Below, in pieces: positions 18,006-27,033 of a stretch of 64,000 nt of DNA. The translations under genes and the position numbers were made by a program. Origin of the DNA: a virus (lineage: Duplodnaviria > Caudoviricetes); IMG/VR virus record IMGVR_UViG_2595698868_000001, positions 192,001-256,000 of that record, one strand, 5' to 3'. The notes beneath the pieces are model-generated. The model searched no databases, was not told the origin of the DNA, and worked only from the letters and a program-made list of their open reading frames with translations. Position 1 is the first letter of the stretch. Every line of letters starts with the position of its first letter.

Positions 18006-18847
18006 GCGATGAAAAGACCGCAGCGTTCTGTGAGCAGTTTGGCGAAGACATGCTTCAGAATATCGTCGAGGCCGTCTGGGCGGGCAAGAAAGAGGGCGAT
18101 CGGTTCTCGATCTTCGAGATCGTCAAACACGACGCCATCAACTGCACCATCTATGGCTTCATCGACGATGAGATCGGCTTTCAGATCGATGATGGTGATT
18201 GGGCCGGAACTGACGTGCGGAAGTTTGGCCCCGAGGTCAGCGCAATCCCACCGGCCGGCTGGTACAGCCGCCATTTCGATGTCGGGATGGGCCTGCGCGG
18301 CAACCGCGATCCCCGCGCGCAGATGCGTCTTCTCGCCCTGTATGTGGGCTGGGTGCGGGGAACCGTAGGCGGCGTCGGAGATCACGTCCGCAAGGCCGAG
18401 CAAGGCTATGCCTACGATGCTCACTTCGCTCCCGGACACAAGACGACGGAGCACTATCGCAAGATCGCCGAGTCGCACGGTCTGATCCTCAGCAGTGGTT
18501 CGGTCGGCGCTGAAGGCGACCCGCCGCGACTGGAGTACGACAAAGAAGTCAAGCCGCTCGAAGGCGCGCTTCACTTCGCGGTCAAGACGGGCGCCGATGC
18601 CTTGAAATGCGCCGCCTATTCGACCAAGCTTTCGGCATGGCTCAACGGTGAGGCCCGCACTGGCGCCGCCGAGGTCGCCCGCATGAACGCTGAGACCTGG
18701 ACCTCTTACGCTCCGCTGCTCGACACGGGCGAGACGATCGATTCGCTCGTGGCGGCCGATGCCGCTCGGCTCCAGGCCATCATCTCCGCCATGGAGACCG
18801 GAGGTGCGCCGGCGGCAGCCGGTCACGAGGCGCGGAGCGGCGAGTGA
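18002..18847 (+). CDS. hypothetical protein; C-terminus encoded by a repeat element
   Basis: ATGA overlap; ends GGAPAAAGHEARSGE. Confidence 0.75.
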   Translation: MSDEKTAAFCEQFGEDMLQNIVEAVWAGKKEGDRFSIFEIVKHDAINCTIYGFIDDEIGFQIDDGDWAGTDVRKFGPEVSAIPPAGWYSRHFDVGMGLRGNRDPRAQMRLLALYVGWVRGTVGGVGDHVRKAEQGYAYDAHFAPGHKTTEHYRKIAESHGLILSSGSVGAEGDPPRLEYDKEVKPLEGALHFAVKTGADALKCAAYSTKLSAWLNGEARTGAAEVARMNAETWTSYAPLLDTGETIDSLVAADAARLQAIISAMETGGAPAAAGHEARSGE

Positions 18848-18852
18848 TGGGA
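18796..18852. repeat. REP-like palindromic repeat, copy 1
   Basis: 46 nt (18807-18852) identical to 63521-63566; GACCGG...CCGGTC stem plus CGC-GGA-GCG mini-hairpin. Confidence 0.85.
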
Positions 18853-19104
18853 ACGGATGAGGACTTCTTCCTCCACGGCTACGCCTACGGCAAGACGACG
18901 GAGATTCCGCGTAAGAAGTGCTGCGAGACCTGTGCCTTCAACCCGACAGGCCCCACGGTCCGGCCGGCGGACGTTACGATCGAACAACTGACGAGGTGGT
19001 CCGCCGATTACGATGGGTTCGTCTGCCATACGACGGATGAGAAGGGCGTCAATCCCCGCTGCGCCGCATGGCACGCGCTGCACGGTCGTGACATCAGGAG
19101 TTGA
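18847..19104 (+). CDS. Cys-rich hypothetical protein
   Basis: CCETCAF...FVCH...C; start codon supplied by the repeat. Confidence 0.7.
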   Translation: MGTDEDFFLHGYAYGKTTEIPRKKCCETCAFNPTGPTVRPADVTIEQLTRWSADYDGFVCHTTDEKGVNPRCAAWHALHGRDIRS

Positions 19105-19159
19105 CAGACGGCTTTGAGGTGTTTTAGGGATGAGGGTGACGATAAACCTGGAGGCCTTC

Positions 19160-19825
19160 ATGTCCCTGTTCAAGATCACCCAAACGACCAAGACCGTGAG
19201 CTATCCGTCGGGGATCGACGGCCAGTGCTTCAGCACGGAAGAGGGCGCGCAGGCGCATCGTGCCGAAGCCGGCGCCGTCAAAGCCCTCGGTCGGGCGATT
19301 TTCGATGATACGCGCACGATGTGGTGCTTCACCACGCTCCGCAATATGACGGAGATGCCTGTCGCCGATCTCGTTATCCTGCGCGACCTGATGGATCAGT
19401 ACCTGATCAACGTCCTCCCGGCGTTCATGGCGCTGGAAGGTCCCTTCGGCTACGGCCTGGGCAAGAAGCAGATCGAAACCTCGGACGGCCGCTCGTTCGA
19501 TAACCGTCACGAAGCGGCCCTCCACACCCTGGAGATGCGCTTTGCCGCGCTGTTCAAGTCTCCGCTCTTCTCGGACGTCGGGCGGCGGGCGATCTGCAAC
19601 ATCAGTAAGTACAGCGACATCACCGCGCCGCACATCGCCAAGGAACTGACGGTGTGGCACTTCACCCGGCGGCTGATGGACTTCTTCAAGCGTCGCACGG
19701 AAGCCGGTAACCCCATGAAGGGCTACGAGCAGCGCTTCCGCGATGCGCTCGACGCCATGGTCGTCGCCCGCACTACGCCGATCGAGCCCATCGTGCGCAC
19801 TGTCAAGCCGAAGAAGGCGGCCTGA
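19160..19825 (+). CDS. hypothetical protein
   Basis: Class B promoter at 19098, GGAGG RBS; internal duplication (DGQCFSTEEGAQAH / DGRSFDNRHEAALH). Confidence 0.8.
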   Translation: MSLFKITQTTKTVSYPSGIDGQCFSTEEGAQAHRAEAGAVKALGRAIFDDTRTMWCFTTLRNMTEMPVADLVILRDLMDQYLINVLPAFMALEGPFGYGLGKKQIETSDGRSFDNRHEAALHTLEMRFAALFKSPLFSDVGRRAICNISKYSDITAPHIAKELTVWHFTRRLMDFFKRRTEAGNPMKGYEQRFRDALDAMVVARTTPIEPIVRTVKPKKAA

Positions 19826-20451
19826 TGACCATACCGACGATCGGTGAATCCCACTTCTCCGATGAGAAGGCGATGGACTACCCGGACCTGATCTTCAAGG
19901 TGCAGAAGGGGGCCGTGCGGACGTACTGGCATGACCTGAGCGTCCTCAAGTTCGATCAGTTCACGTCGCGCGTCCAGCCGATCCTGGTCAAACGCCTGAT
20001 CGCGCAGTTCGACGAGGCGCTGACGGCTACTGAAAAGGCTTCGGGCCTGCGCCGCCCGAGCCGTGATGTCGGTCACTGCATCTTCGATGACGAAATCGTC
20101 CCGGTCGAGATCACGCTGTGCGAAGTGGAGCAGCAGGCGCTTCGGCGGCTGACCCACATCGTGCGCCGGCGCAACGAAGAAGACTGGCAGGCAGTCTACC
20201 ATGTCCTCTCCGACCATATCGTCCTCAACGGCGGTCACGACCACTCTCAGTCGCTGGAGAATTCGACTTGGCTTCATGCCGAATCGAAAAAGGTGCAGGA
20301 CTATCTCGCCAAGCACCGCCATCCGGTCCTCAAGGTGAAACCTTACGAGGATAAGGAGTTCGAGGTACTGCCCTTCGAGCCCTCGGGCTGGCAGAAGTTC
20401 GTCGCGGCTGTGAAGCGCTGGCTCGGTCCTGGGCCGGACTGCACCGCATGA
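19825..20451 (+). CDS. hypothetical protein
   Basis: TGATG coupling. Confidence 0.75.
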   Translation: MTIPTIGESHFSDEKAMDYPDLIFKVQKGAVRTYWHDLSVLKFDQFTSRVQPILVKRLIAQFDEALTATEKASGLRRPSRDVGHCIFDDEIVPVEITLCEVEQQALRRLTHIVRRRNEEDWQAVYHVLSDHIVLNGGHDHSQSLENSTWLHAESKKVQDYLAKHRHPVLKVKPYEDKEFEVLPFEPSGWQKFVAAVKRWLGPGPDCTA

Positions 20452-20930
20452 CCCGCGTCGTCTCGCCCCAAATCATCCATGTCCTCGAACTCGCCGAGAA
20501 GGGTCGAGATATCTGGTGGGTGCCTTTGGTCGACGGGAAGGGTTCGCAATCGCGCACCGTAGGTCGCCAGAACACCATCTACACGGCGCAGCGTCATGGC
20601 TGGCTCGACAAGGATGACAAGCTGACGCCGGCCGGCAAGACCGTGCTGGAGGAGCAGCAAGCCCGTTCCCTCCAGCAGGATCGGTTCTTTGAGCGCCAAG
20701 CCCGTCTCAAAGGGACCCATTGGGAGCGAGGATATCGTGTCCACGGGTTCTGGCGTGGTGCTGAACGCCTGGGCTATGTCAGTCTCGGGCCGCCTTCGTT
20801 GTGGGACGGCGTATATTCCTGGGCCGTCGACAATCACGGTCCCTCGGGGACGGCAACGAAGTTGGCTGATGCGAAGCGCTTGGTGGAGGACGCGATCGCC
20901 TTCCCTGATGAGCGTGCTGCAAAGAGTTGA
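20448..20930 (+). CDS. hypothetical protein
   Basis: ATGA overlap. Confidence 0.7.
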   Translation: MTRVVSPQIIHVLELAEKGRDIWWVPLVDGKGSQSRTVGRQNTIYTAQRHGWLDKDDKLTPAGKTVLEEQQARSLQQDRFFERQARLKGTHWERGYRVHGFWRGAERLGYVSLGPPSLWDGVYSWAVDNHGPSGTATKLADAKRLVEDAIAFPDERAAKS

Positions 20931-20982
20931 CAGACGGCTTTCTCCCCTCGTACATCTAATGACGATCTCAAAGGAAGGCCCT

Positions 20983-21594
20983 GTGCTCCAGACCCTCATC
21001 GACCATCACAAGAAACAGCTTGCCGCCGCGCAATCCGTGCTGGACACCGATGGCAACCTGTTTTCGCACGAGATGCGTGAGCGCGCGCGAGTTGACGCGG
21101 CTCGTGAGCGCGACTTCATCCGTACCCTGGAGACGGCCAGCGCTCAACTCGACCGGGGCGACAAATATCGCCATCTGAAACGAGGCTCAACCTACAATGT
21201 GTTGGGTCAGGGTATCGCGCAATGCGAAACGCCTATCCAGGACAACGACGCGCTCGTCTTCTACCGCGACGGTCAAGGCCGCTTCTTCGCCCGTCACGTG
21301 GACGAGTTTCACGATGGGCGATTTGAGAAGGTGTCCGCCGAGCCGCCACGCGAATACGTGTTCGTGGTCGGCGGCCAGGAGGCTCCGTGCGAGCAGCTTT
21401 CGTTCGATGCGTTTCACGCGCTCTGCATGCTTGGTGAAATCATCTTCACCGATGAGCAGGACTATGGCTCTGGACTGCGCGGCCGGTACCTGATGCTGGG
21501 CGCCGAGTGGAGCGACCAACAGCGCACGCGTTTGATCCTGCGCCGACTGAATGACACCGCGTCGGCCTGGAGCAGCGGAGCGGAGGAAGCATGA
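20983..21594 (+). CDS. DUF1653-like domain protein
   Basis: YRHLKRGSTYNVLG...LVFYRD...FFAR...EF.DGRF; class B promoter at 20924. Confidence 0.65.
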   Translation: MLQTLIDHHKKQLAAAQSVLDTDGNLFSHEMRERARVDAARERDFIRTLETASAQLDRGDKYRHLKRGSTYNVLGQGIAQCETPIQDNDALVFYRDGQGRFFARHVDEFHDGRFEKVSAEPPREYVFVVGGQEAPCEQLSFDAFHALCMLGEIIFTDEQDYGSGLRGRYLMLGAEWSDQQRTRLILRRLNDTASAWSSGAEEA

Positions 21595-22955
21595 CGCAAG
21601 CTTTCGAGATCGAGAGCCGGCAATACGGCGATACGGGCGCAAAGCGGCCCTTCATCATCGCGCACTGCTCTGGCTGTGACGCTGAGGAAGCGATCGCCGA
21701 TCCAAAAGGTTCCGGCGCCGTTCCTCTGCAATACGCGCAGAAGCTCTTCACCCGCAAAGGGTGGGAACTAGGCAGCGTGCGGGCGAAAGACCTATGTCCC
21801 TCGTGTGTGCGCAGTAAGCGCGGACGCAAGGCCGAGGCGCCGAAGCAAGTCCTAAAGGGCGTGGATGGTCCGATCCCTGCCGATCCTTCGAAGGCCGACA
21901 CCATGCTCGGCGCAAAGCTGATCGAGGCGGCGCGTCTACTGACCGAGGCCCCTAAAGTTTCCCCAGCACCTGTCGCTCAAATTCGTGAGCCTCATATGCC
22001 TGCTCCTATAGCCCAAATTCGAGAACCTCATGCGCCTCCGGCCGTCAACCCTACGGTCGAAGCACCTAAGGGAATAGACCTTCGATCCGAAGAGCGCCTT
22101 GCGGCTTCGCGTAAGGGCGGACACAACCGCATCGCACAACTCACTCCGGAAGAGCGCAGCGCGCTCGCCCGCAAAGGCGCTGCGGCCTTGAATAGCAGAT
22201 CGCCCGAGGAACGCGCCGCCTCTGCCCAGAAGGCTGCCCAGACCCGTCGTGAACGGGCTGCCGAACGTGCGGAAATCAAGCGTCTGGCTGATGAGCAGGC
22301 AGCCGAAGCCCGCCGCGAGAAGATGGGACGCGGCATCAAGGGGTTCTGGGCAGGGCTCACCAAGGAGCAGCGCAGCGAACGCGGACGGGTCGCGGCAGCC
22401 ACTCGCGCCGCAAAACTCGCCGCCGAGAAGGCCGGAGTGCCTTTCATTCACCCCAAGCGGGTTACCCCGCAAGAACTCGCCCAAGCCAAGGTCAAGATCG
22501 CCCGCGCCACGAGCGCCGCCAAAAAGCCCCAGGAGTCCGCCATGCCCGCCGCCGCCACCATCAATCCCGCTCCGACCTCGATGGCTGATCAACCGCGTCA
22601 GGCCACGCGCGAGCAGAACCAGAAGATTCTGGAAAAGCTGCACGAGGTCTACGACACCTCCGATCCCACGAATCCTCACTACGTCAAGACCTACACCGAC
22701 AAACAGGTCGCCGAGGAGCTTCACTATCCGGCCGCATGGATCGCCGCCGTGCGCGATCAGTTCTTCGGCCCGGAGAAGAACGAGGCCGCCGAGGTCTTCA
22801 TCAAGGACGTCAAGGAACTCAAGACCAAGCAAGCCGACCTCAAGGCCCGCTTCACGAAGCACTTTGATGACCTGACGAAAATGGAAGACGAGATGCGTCG
22901 CCTGGAAGACGCCATCGCCCAGGCCTGTCGCCGAGCCGGCGTACCCGTCAACTAG
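21591..22955 (+). CDS. large basic protein with Zn-finger-like N-terminus and helical repeats
   Basis: CSGC...CPSC; AQIREPH x2; LTPEERSALARKG-type repeats; C-terminal coiled coil. Confidence 0.8.
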   Translation: MTQAFEIESRQYGDTGAKRPFIIAHCSGCDAEEAIADPKGSGAVPLQYAQKLFTRKGWELGSVRAKDLCPSCVRSKRGRKAEAPKQVLKGVDGPIPADPSKADTMLGAKLIEAARLLTEAPKVSPAPVAQIREPHMPAPIAQIREPHAPPAVNPTVEAPKGIDLRSEERLAASRKGGHNRIAQLTPEERSALARKGAAALNSRSPEERAASAQKAAQTRRERAAERAEIKRLADEQAAEARREKMGRGIKGFWAGLTKEQRSERGRVAAATRAAKLAAEKAGVPFIHPKRVTPQELAQAKVKIARATSAAKKPQESAMPAAATINPAPTSMADQPRQATREQNQKILEKLHEVYDTSDPTNPHYVKTYTDKQVAEELHYPAAWIAAVRDQFFGPEKNEAAEVFIKDVKELKTKQADLKARFTKHFDDLTKMEDEMRRLEDAIAQACRRAGVPVN

Positions 22956-22959
22956 GCTG

Positions 22960-22985
22960 TTGACATCGTCGTTGGTTTCTTTACA
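22960..22985 (+). promoter_or_regulatory. class A phage promoter
   Basis: TTGAC-N10-GTTTCTTTACA. Confidence 0.7.
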
Positions 22986-23017
22986 AGGCCCTTGACGATC
23001 AATCAGAAGGAGGTCCC

Positions 23018-23713
23018 ATGGAAGTCACCATCAACACCCTGGCTCTGGCGACGGTTACGACCGGACACGGCTTGGTGAGCGACATCGAAGACATCTTCGT
23101 GGCGCTGGAGGCTCTGTGGGGCAGCCGCCCGTCCGTGCTGCACGTCACCATGGCTGCTCAGATCGCGGCCCGGCATGTGCAAGGCGCGCTGCCTGACTTC
23201 CCCAATGAAGACGACGCTGAAGCGTTCGGCACGTGGCCCGATTGTGTGGACGCCTACGCGTCGTATCTGATCGCCAAGTACGGCGACACCGTGACGCTCT
23301 CGCCGATTCATCAAGAACCCACCTACGAAGATCGGCCGCTCGAAGACCTATTCGAGGCCACTTACGTCGAGAACGACGTCGTGGTCCGCGCCGGCAACGA
23401 CCTGACGTTCTCGATCCGGCCTCTTCAGGCTGGCGTCATGGTCGACGGCGTCGCCCGCAACGCCGAATATCCGGACACCTTCCAAATCCCCTCGGAATAC
23501 GAGCGCGAGAACCTTAAGCTCGGCGCGGCTGTGAAGGTCTGCATTGAGGTGGACGCCGGCGGTGGTGAGCGTTTCTGGACGGATGTTGTCGCTCGCCTGG
23601 ACGACGGGGACTACCTCGTCAAGGTCGACAACTATCTGGTCAACTCGATCTATCACGGTGTGCGCGTGAACGACATTCTGCGCGTCGCGCCCAAGCACAT
23701 CCTGACCACCTGA
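23018..23713 (+). CDS. two-domain hypothetical protein, C-terminal DUF2314-like
   Basis: AGGAGG RBS; LKLGAAVKV...GERFWTDV...VDN. Confidence 0.65.
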   Translation: MEVTINTLALATVTTGHGLVSDIEDIFVALEALWGSRPSVLHVTMAAQIAARHVQGALPDFPNEDDAEAFGTWPDCVDAYASYLIAKYGDTVTLSPIHQEPTYEDRPLEDLFEATYVENDVVVRAGNDLTFSIRPLQAGVMVDGVARNAEYPDTFQIPSEYERENLKLGAAVKVCIEVDAGGGERFWTDVVARLDDGDYLVKVDNYLVNSIYHGVRVNDILRVAPKHILTT

Positions 23714-23737
23714 TCCGGCGCCGACGAAAGGACACCA

Positions 23738-23950
23738 ATGACGCTGCCGCCTACCTGCGAGGCCCTGGTTACCGGGCTCACCGATCGCTCCCAGGAGCGG
23801 GACATCACGGCCGCCATCCGCGCCGTCGTCAAGGACGTGCCGCCTGAGCAGCACGACAAGGCGTTCGACCGCGTGCGTCGTGCCTGCCACATGAACCGTG
23901 GCACGTTCAAGCGTCTGATGAAGCACGCCACCTCGCGGGTGGACGCCTGA
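23738..23950 (+). CDS. hypothetical protein
   Basis: AGGA RBS; coupled to the Thg1-like gene. Confidence 0.65.
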   Translation: MTLPPTCEALVTGLTDRSQERDITAAIRAVVKDVPPEQHDKAFDRVRRACHMNRGTFKRLMKHATSRVDA

Positions 23951-24789
23951 TGGCGAGCAAGGACGACCTCGGCGATCGTATGAAGGAATACGAGTTCCAC
24001 GAAACGGGACGTCGTTTCCTTTCCATGCTGCCGGTCTACGCCCGCATCGACGGGCGTGGCTTCTCGAAGTTCACGCGCGGTATGGCCAAGCCGTTCGATC
24101 CGCGCATGTCGGCCGCAATGATCGAGACGACCAAGTACCTCGTTCAGCACACCGGCGCCCTGATCGGCTATACGCAATCCGATGAGATCAGCCTTGTCTG
24201 GAAGGCGCCGGACTACAAGTCGTCGATCTTCTTCAATGGCAAGATCACCAAGATGACCAGCGTCCTCGCCGGTCTCGCCACGGCCGCCTTCGGTAAGGAA
24301 ATTCGTGGCTGGACGCCTTACGAGGATCGCCTGCCGTGCTTCGATGCCCGCGTACTGCAACTGCCGCAGGACTACGAAGCCGCCAACATGCTGCTCTGGC
24401 GCACGCTGGACGCCGAGCGGAACGCAGTCAGCATGCTGGCCCAGGCCCACTTCTCGCACAAGGAACTGCAACACAAGACGCAGCGACAAATGCACGAGAT
24501 GCTCGACGCCAAGGGCATCAAGCTGACGGACTTCCCCGAAGGCGTTCAGCGCGGCACATTCGTGCGTCGCGTGACCTACGACCATCCGACCATGATGATC
24601 GACATCGAGACCATTCCCGGCCCGACGTTCGTGCCCAGCACGGTCAAGCGTTCCAAGGTCGACGTCATTCCGATGCCCTCGTTCCGTTACGTCCGGAACC
24701 GCACCGAGGTGGTGTTCGACGCCGCCGCGCCCGACCATCTGGAAACCCTGGAGCGCTGGGAACGCATGACAGGTGAAGCCGATGATTGA
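23950..24789 (+). CDS. thg1: tRNA(His) guanylyltransferase / Thg1-like protein (3'-5' polymerase)
   Basis: LGDRMKEYE, ARIDGRGFSKFT, YTQSDEISL, FDAR, WRTLDAERN, FSHKELQ. Confidence 0.92.
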   Translation: MASKDDLGDRMKEYEFHETGRRFLSMLPVYARIDGRGFSKFTRGMAKPFDPRMSAAMIETTKYLVQHTGALIGYTQSDEISLVWKAPDYKSSIFFNGKITKMTSVLAGLATAAFGKEIRGWTPYEDRLPCFDARVLQLPQDYEAANMLLWRTLDAERNAVSMLAQAHFSHKELQHKTQRQMHEMLDAKGIKLTDFPEGVQRGTFVRRVTYDHPTMMIDIETIPGPTFVPSTVKRSKVDVIPMPSFRYVRNRTEVVFDAAAPDHLETLERWERMTGEADD

Positions 24790-25174
24790 ACTCACGCCCA
24801 CGAGCCGCAACTTCCTGCGCGGAGATTTCCTGGACGCGAACAACATTAGCTGCTCGATCCAAGAGTCTTCGGTCGCCACGGATAATCTGCTTTGGCTCGG
24901 TTGCGACGGGTCGCGCATGCACCTGACCCAGGGCATGGCCGCCGACCTGCTGCCGCATCTTCAGCGTTTCGTAGCGACGGGTGAACTCACCGACAGCCCT
25001 GTCCCCGCCGGCGAGGAACCGCCGCTGGACCTGCTGGAGGCGCGTGTCGCCGAGATGGTGCAGCGTATGTGTCCGCCCGGCTGCCTGCCAACGCGAGGCC
25101 AGGAGCGAGATGCTTCGACGCTGGCTGCTCTCATCCGCATGGCGCGTCGCGGCGCCTCAGCCCCAAACTTGTAG
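24773..25174 (+). CDS. hypothetical phage protein
   Basis: CSIQESS.A....LWLG...RMHLT motif. Confidence 0.7.
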   Translation: MKPMIELTPTSRNFLRGDFLDANNISCSIQESSVATDNLLWLGCDGSRMHLTQGMAADLLPHLQRFVATGELTDSPVPAGEEPPLDLLEARVAEMVQRMCPPGCLPTRGQERDASTLAALIRMARRGASAPNL

Positions 25175-25183
25175 GAGGTCCAG

Positions 25184-25537
25184 ATGAACCAGTCCGACCC
25201 GCAGACGACGATCCACGAGGCCTGCGCCCGCGCGATCGCCTGGATGGCCCGAGGGCATGTCGCTCATGAACACCTCTTCCTGGATTCGGTGGTCGAGCGC
25301 ATCCGGGCCGTTCCGCGCCAGGAGAAGGCGTACGAAGTCTACACGGCCGTGCTGACCGAACTGACCCGCATGAACGCCGTGCTGGAGGCCGAAGGCCCCA
25401 GCAGCGCGAACAAGGCGCGTCTGGTCGCCGTCTCGATGGAACGCATCATGGAAGAAGTCGGGCCGCGCCTGGATGACCCCATGATCATCTATTCGGACCA
25501 CCACAAGTGGTGGCCGATGGTCGAGGCCGCCGCATGA
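25184..25537 (+). CDS. hypothetical protein
   Basis: GGAGG RBS. Confidence 0.75.
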   Translation: MNQSDPQTTIHEACARAIAWMARGHVAHEHLFLDSVVERIRAVPRQEKAYEVYTAVLTELTRMNAVLEAEGPSSANKARLVAVSMERIMEEVGPRLDDPMIIYSDHHKWWPMVEAAA

Positions 25538-26085
25538 GGTTCCACAACCTCCACCTAGGTATCGACTATGACGATGCCTACCGCGCCGTGACCGTCACGC
25601 TACGCGACGGCACCGAGGTGCGATTCGAATCGGGAGACCCGCCGGCTGACTTCGCCAAAGCGGTCGAGTATGCCCGAGGGGAATGCGTCCGCATCGGCTG
25701 CAACGTGATGACGTCCTCGTCGCTCGATAGTTTCGTGTTCGATGTTCCGGGGTGGAAGTACAACAACGAAGATATGCTGATCCGCGATCCGCGCGACCAC
25801 ATCGCCTCCGTCGCCGAAGTCATGTCGGGCTGTCCCATGGAGTGGGAGGGCTTGCTTGAAGACGGCACTCACTTCTATGCCCGATATCGCGATGGTCGGT
25901 TCCGGGTGGGCTTTGGTGAAACGAACATCCAGGCCGTGGATCATGCGGTCAGCAACGACAAGGGCTACACCGCACAGATCGGTGAGCATCTGGAAGGTCA
26001 CCTGACCTGGGCCGAGGCCCTGCCACACTTCAACCAAGCCCTCCTGAAGCGTGCGGGCTATGCCGTGGATCAAGACGACGAATGA
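25534..26085 (+). CDS. hypothetical protein
   Basis: ATGA overlap; CPMEWEG...YARYR.G motif. Confidence 0.7.
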   Translation: MRFHNLHLGIDYDDAYRAVTVTLRDGTEVRFESGDPPADFAKAVEYARGECVRIGCNVMTSSSLDSFVFDVPGWKYNNEDMLIRDPRDHIASVAEVMSGCPMEWEGLLEDGTHFYARYRDGRFRVGFGETNIQAVDHAVSNDKGYTAQIGEHLEGHLTWAEALPHFNQALLKRAGYAVDQDDE

Positions 26086-26492
26086 CCCCGATCCCTACCG
26101 ACCTGACCTGCTTCCAACTGGTCCGTATCGACCTCGCCAGCCTGAACCCCGGCAAGGGCATGGCGCAGACCAACCACGTCGGCTCCAAGCTGGTCTACGA
26201 CTCTCGCAAGTGGGACCCAATGCAGACCGCCTGGGTCGAGATGTGGCTGGAGGAGGCCGACGGGTTCGGTACCGTCTTCACGTACGGCGCTACCCTGGAG
26301 CAAATGCGTGCGGCGGTGATGCTGGGTAAGGCTGTCGGCACTCCGGCCGCGATCATCAACGACCCTACCTATCCGTTGCGCGACGGAGCTACCCTGCATT
26401 CGCTATCGCTGGAGACCGCTGCCTACGTGTTTGGTTCGCGTGCGGTCATCATGCCTCTCATGAAGCTGCTGGGCCTGGAGTGGCATCCGTAG
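26082..26492 (+). CDS. peptidyl-tRNA hydrolase type 2 (Pth2-like)
   Basis: LVRIDLASLNPGKGMAQTNH (cf. VRxDLxMxxGKxxAQxxH), W..W, I.D, terminal T...VFG. Confidence 0.75.
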   Translation: MTPIPTDLTCFQLVRIDLASLNPGKGMAQTNHVGSKLVYDSRKWDPMQTAWVEMWLEEADGFGTVFTYGATLEQMRAAVMLGKAVGTPAAIINDPTYPLRDGATLHSLSLETAAYVFGSRAVIMPLMKLLGLEWHP

Positions 26493-26791
26493 TGATCCGC
26501 TTCAAACACGCTGATTTCACTGACTGCGAACTCGTCTCGTTCGGCGAGGGGCGCGGTCGGCTGCAAGGTTTGGCAGGCTTTGCGAACTGCCGTACGACGG
26601 CCGGCGTCGAATTTCAGGCGATGATCCGAGCGCCGGAGAAGCTTCGCAAGCGTCTATTAGGCCCCGATGGCGCCCTCGTGAAACGTGTTCAGGTCCAACA
26701 CATGGGCCTGAATATCTGGGGGAAACCTCGTCTGGGCATGGTGATCAAGTTCATGGACGCCGACGGCGTCGATCTAGAGTTCGAGAGTTGA
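26492..26791 (+). CDS. hypothetical protein
   Basis: Coupled GTG start. Confidence 0.55.
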   Translation: MIRFKHADFTDCELVSFGEGRGRLQGLAGFANCRTTAGVEFQAMIRAPEKLRKRLLGPDGALVKRVQVQHMGLNIWGKPRLGMVIKFMDADGVDLEFES

Positions 26792-26844
26792 CAGACGGCG
26801 CAAGGCTAGGATACCTGTGTCGCTACTGACGACAAGGAGGCCCC

Positions 26845-27033
26845 ATGAAACTGTCCAAAGCTCAGGAAGCGTTCCTGCGTGAACTCCCTACGACCGCCGC
26901 CGAAGGCTATCAGCCGGCGAGCAAGCTAGTCGAACTCGGTCTGGCGACCAAGGAAGCGCAGAAGTACGGCTCCGACCGCTATACGCGCACGCCCGCCGGC
27001 GACGCCTGGATCGCCAAGAAGGACGCCGCCTGA
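26845..27033 (+). CDS. hypothetical protein
   Basis: Class B promoter at 26785; AGGAGG RBS. Confidence 0.75.
   Translation: MKLSKAQEAFLRELPTTAAEGYQPASKLVELGLATKEAQKYGSDRYTRTPAGDAWIAKKDAA

Noticed and set aside
18796-18852. Repeat element as an HDV-like/theta or hammerhead ribozyme
   Set aside because: Could not fit the nested double pseudoknot or the CUGAUGA/GAAA core on either strand.
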